Source: a bacterium
GTDB lineage: Bacteria > Oederibacteriota > PGYV01 > Palsa-1178
Assembly: GCA_037138355.1 (NCBI GenBank)
Contig: JBAXIL010000036.1
Location: forward strand, 1-18,294
Direction: 5' to 3'
DNA length: 18,294 bases
Both the position numbers and the translations under genes were made by a program. The notes below the pieces were generated by a model. That model did not search any database, was not told the origin of the DNA, and worked only from the letters and a program-made list of their open reading frames with translations. Shown piece after piece: positions 17,080 through 18,294 of this stretch (position 1 is its first letter; each line of letters opens with the position of its first letter).

Positions 17080-18096
17080 TTATAAATCTAATCTATACTC
17101 AGCTAAACTATTAATTAACAGAGGCTTTATTAATACTTTTTCCTTAACTCCATTATTTTCCGTTTCTATCGTTACTTCCGCATCCATATTATTTTTCGCA
17201 TGTGAATATCCTGCTGCCACCGAACTAAGATACTTCTTCATTTCATTATTAATATTCCCTATAGCCAACACGGCTGGTCCAGGAAAATCCACGCATTCAA
17301 ATATACTTCCTCTATTTTTATATTTTACAAGTTCCATGTTTTCATCGTGATTTCTTCCTACCATAAACCACACATTGTCTTTTAAAAACTGTCTTCCTAT
17401 GGTCATAAGATAAAGTTCGTCTCTGTCCAATGGCTGTTCTTTTTTCTTTTTAAGCATTCGTTCAAGTTTTTTTGAATAGCATACATCTGTCAAGATACAT
17501 CCTCCAGCCGGTGCTTTTACATATTCTTCCCAACCATAATCATCTGCTAAAAAAAGTTGCCTGCGTCTACCACGACCATTCATGTCCATAAGTTTTTCTC
17601 TGTCAACCCAATTTAATTTTTCTGGTTCTGTTGGTTCAATACATTTGGCACACAGTGGTCTTAAAAGATACCCTGCCAGACCAGATTCTTTTTCTATATT
17701 AATCATAGCTCTCGGATTCTGCGTCATAGGTCTTTGTCCTATCACTTCTCCAGTTATCACAAATCCTGCATCGTATTCTGCCATTAACTCTTTTGCTTTT
17801 CTCATCATCATTATTTTACAATCTATACAAGGATTCATATTTGAGCCATAACCGTGTTTAGGATTTTTTATCATTTCAAAAAAATCTTTTGATATATCTA
17901 CTACCACAGGATTGATTTCTGGTGGAAGTGGAGCTTTATACTTTTTCACACCGTCTTTTATTTCATACGCTCCAAAGAAAAACCCGTGATCAAAATTAAT
18001 GGGAATAACTTTTATTCCCTGATCCATCATTATATGTATAGCAAGAAGTGAATCAAGGCCTCCAGAAAATAAAGCAAGACAAGTTTTTTCTTTCAT
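17080..18096 (-). CDS. ThiI/MnmA-like PP-loop (adenine nucleotide alpha hydrolase) protein, putative tRNA sulfurtransferase lacking a THUMP domain
   Basis: N-terminal LFSGGLDS PP-loop, NPCIDCK, ITGEVIGQRPMTQ, LLRPL, PAGGCILT, and a C-terminal VGRNHDEN segment reminiscent of DUF814/NFACT-R-like domains. RBS AAAGGA. Confidence 0.8.
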   Translation of the reverse strand: MKEKTCLALFSGGLDSLLAIHIMMDQGIKVIPINFDHGFFFGAYEIKDGVKKYKAPLPPEINPVVVDISKDFFEMIKNPKHGYGSNMNPCIDCKIMMMRKAKELMAEYDAGFVITGEVIGQRPMTQNPRAMINIEKESGLAGYLLRPLCAKCIEPTEPEKLNWVDREKLMDMNGRGRRRQLFLADDYGWEEYVKAPAGGCILTDVCYSKKLERMLKKKKEQPLDRDELYLMTIGRQFLKDNVWFMVGRNHDENMELVKYKNRGSIFECVDFPGPAVLAIGNINNEMKKYLSSVAAGYSHAKNNMDAEVTIETENNGVKEKVLIKPLLINSLAEYRLDL

Positions 18097-18171
18097 TAAT
18101 ATCCTTTTTCTCTGCCAGTATATTCTCGCAGGATTGATTTGAGTCTAATAGGACAATACAATAAACCTAAC

Positions 18172-18200
18172 AAAAAGCAAGAGCGGGATTTCTCCCGCCC
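18172..18200 (-). terminator. Intrinsic terminator of a gene upstream (right of window)
   Basis: Minus strand GGGCGGGA-GAAA-TCCCGCTC hairpin (GNRA loop) followed by TTGCTTTTT. Confidence 0.7.
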
Positions 18201-18294
18201 CGTTTATCTTTATACATTATTTAATATAGTAAAATAAGACAATACCAACGCTATCTTATTATTGCCAATCTTGATAAGCAGTGCTGTTTTTCAT

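Noticed and set aside
641..17851. Numerous + strand ORFs of 60-174 aa (e.g. 8374-8898, 13809-14279) and minus-strand ORFs 5610-5918 and 5967-6149
   Set aside because: They are antisense shadows of well-supported genes, with Phe/Ser/Ile-rich composition typical of reverse-complemented coding sequence.
18211..18294. 3' end of a gene entering from the right edge
   Set aside because: Probably present, given the terminator at 18172-18200, but the frame is ambiguous (..MKNSTAYQDWQ* or ..EKQHCLSRLAIIR*) and too short to call.

Overview
AT-rich bacterial chromosomal housekeeping region (standard code: dprA and uppS end in TGA). All confident genes but one lie on the minus strand. Read in transcription direction (right to left): an intrinsic terminator; a THUMP-less ThiI-like PP-loop sulfurtransferase; a sigma70 promoter and t44/S2-type leader RNA; the cluster rpsB-tsf-pyrH-frr-uppS-cdsA-dxr-rseP-ispG-proS; a cold-shock protein gene; a secreted CAP-domain gene on the + strand that converges on it at a bidirectional terminator; dprA-topA-xerC; smpB; and the 5' end of tmRNA (ssrA), which runs off the left edge. 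I found no CRISPR array, transposase, prophage or defence system, and I cannot support a claim of a complete new system here. The most unusual element is a ~190 bp intergenic array between rseP and ispG, made of degenerate 9-mers in inverted orientation around a hexamer microsatellite and abutting the ispG RBS. A possibly analogous, more decayed inverted repeat lies between smpB and ssrA. Also worth checking are a long smpB leader with two small ORFs and the uncharacterised putative Fe-S tRNA thiolase.
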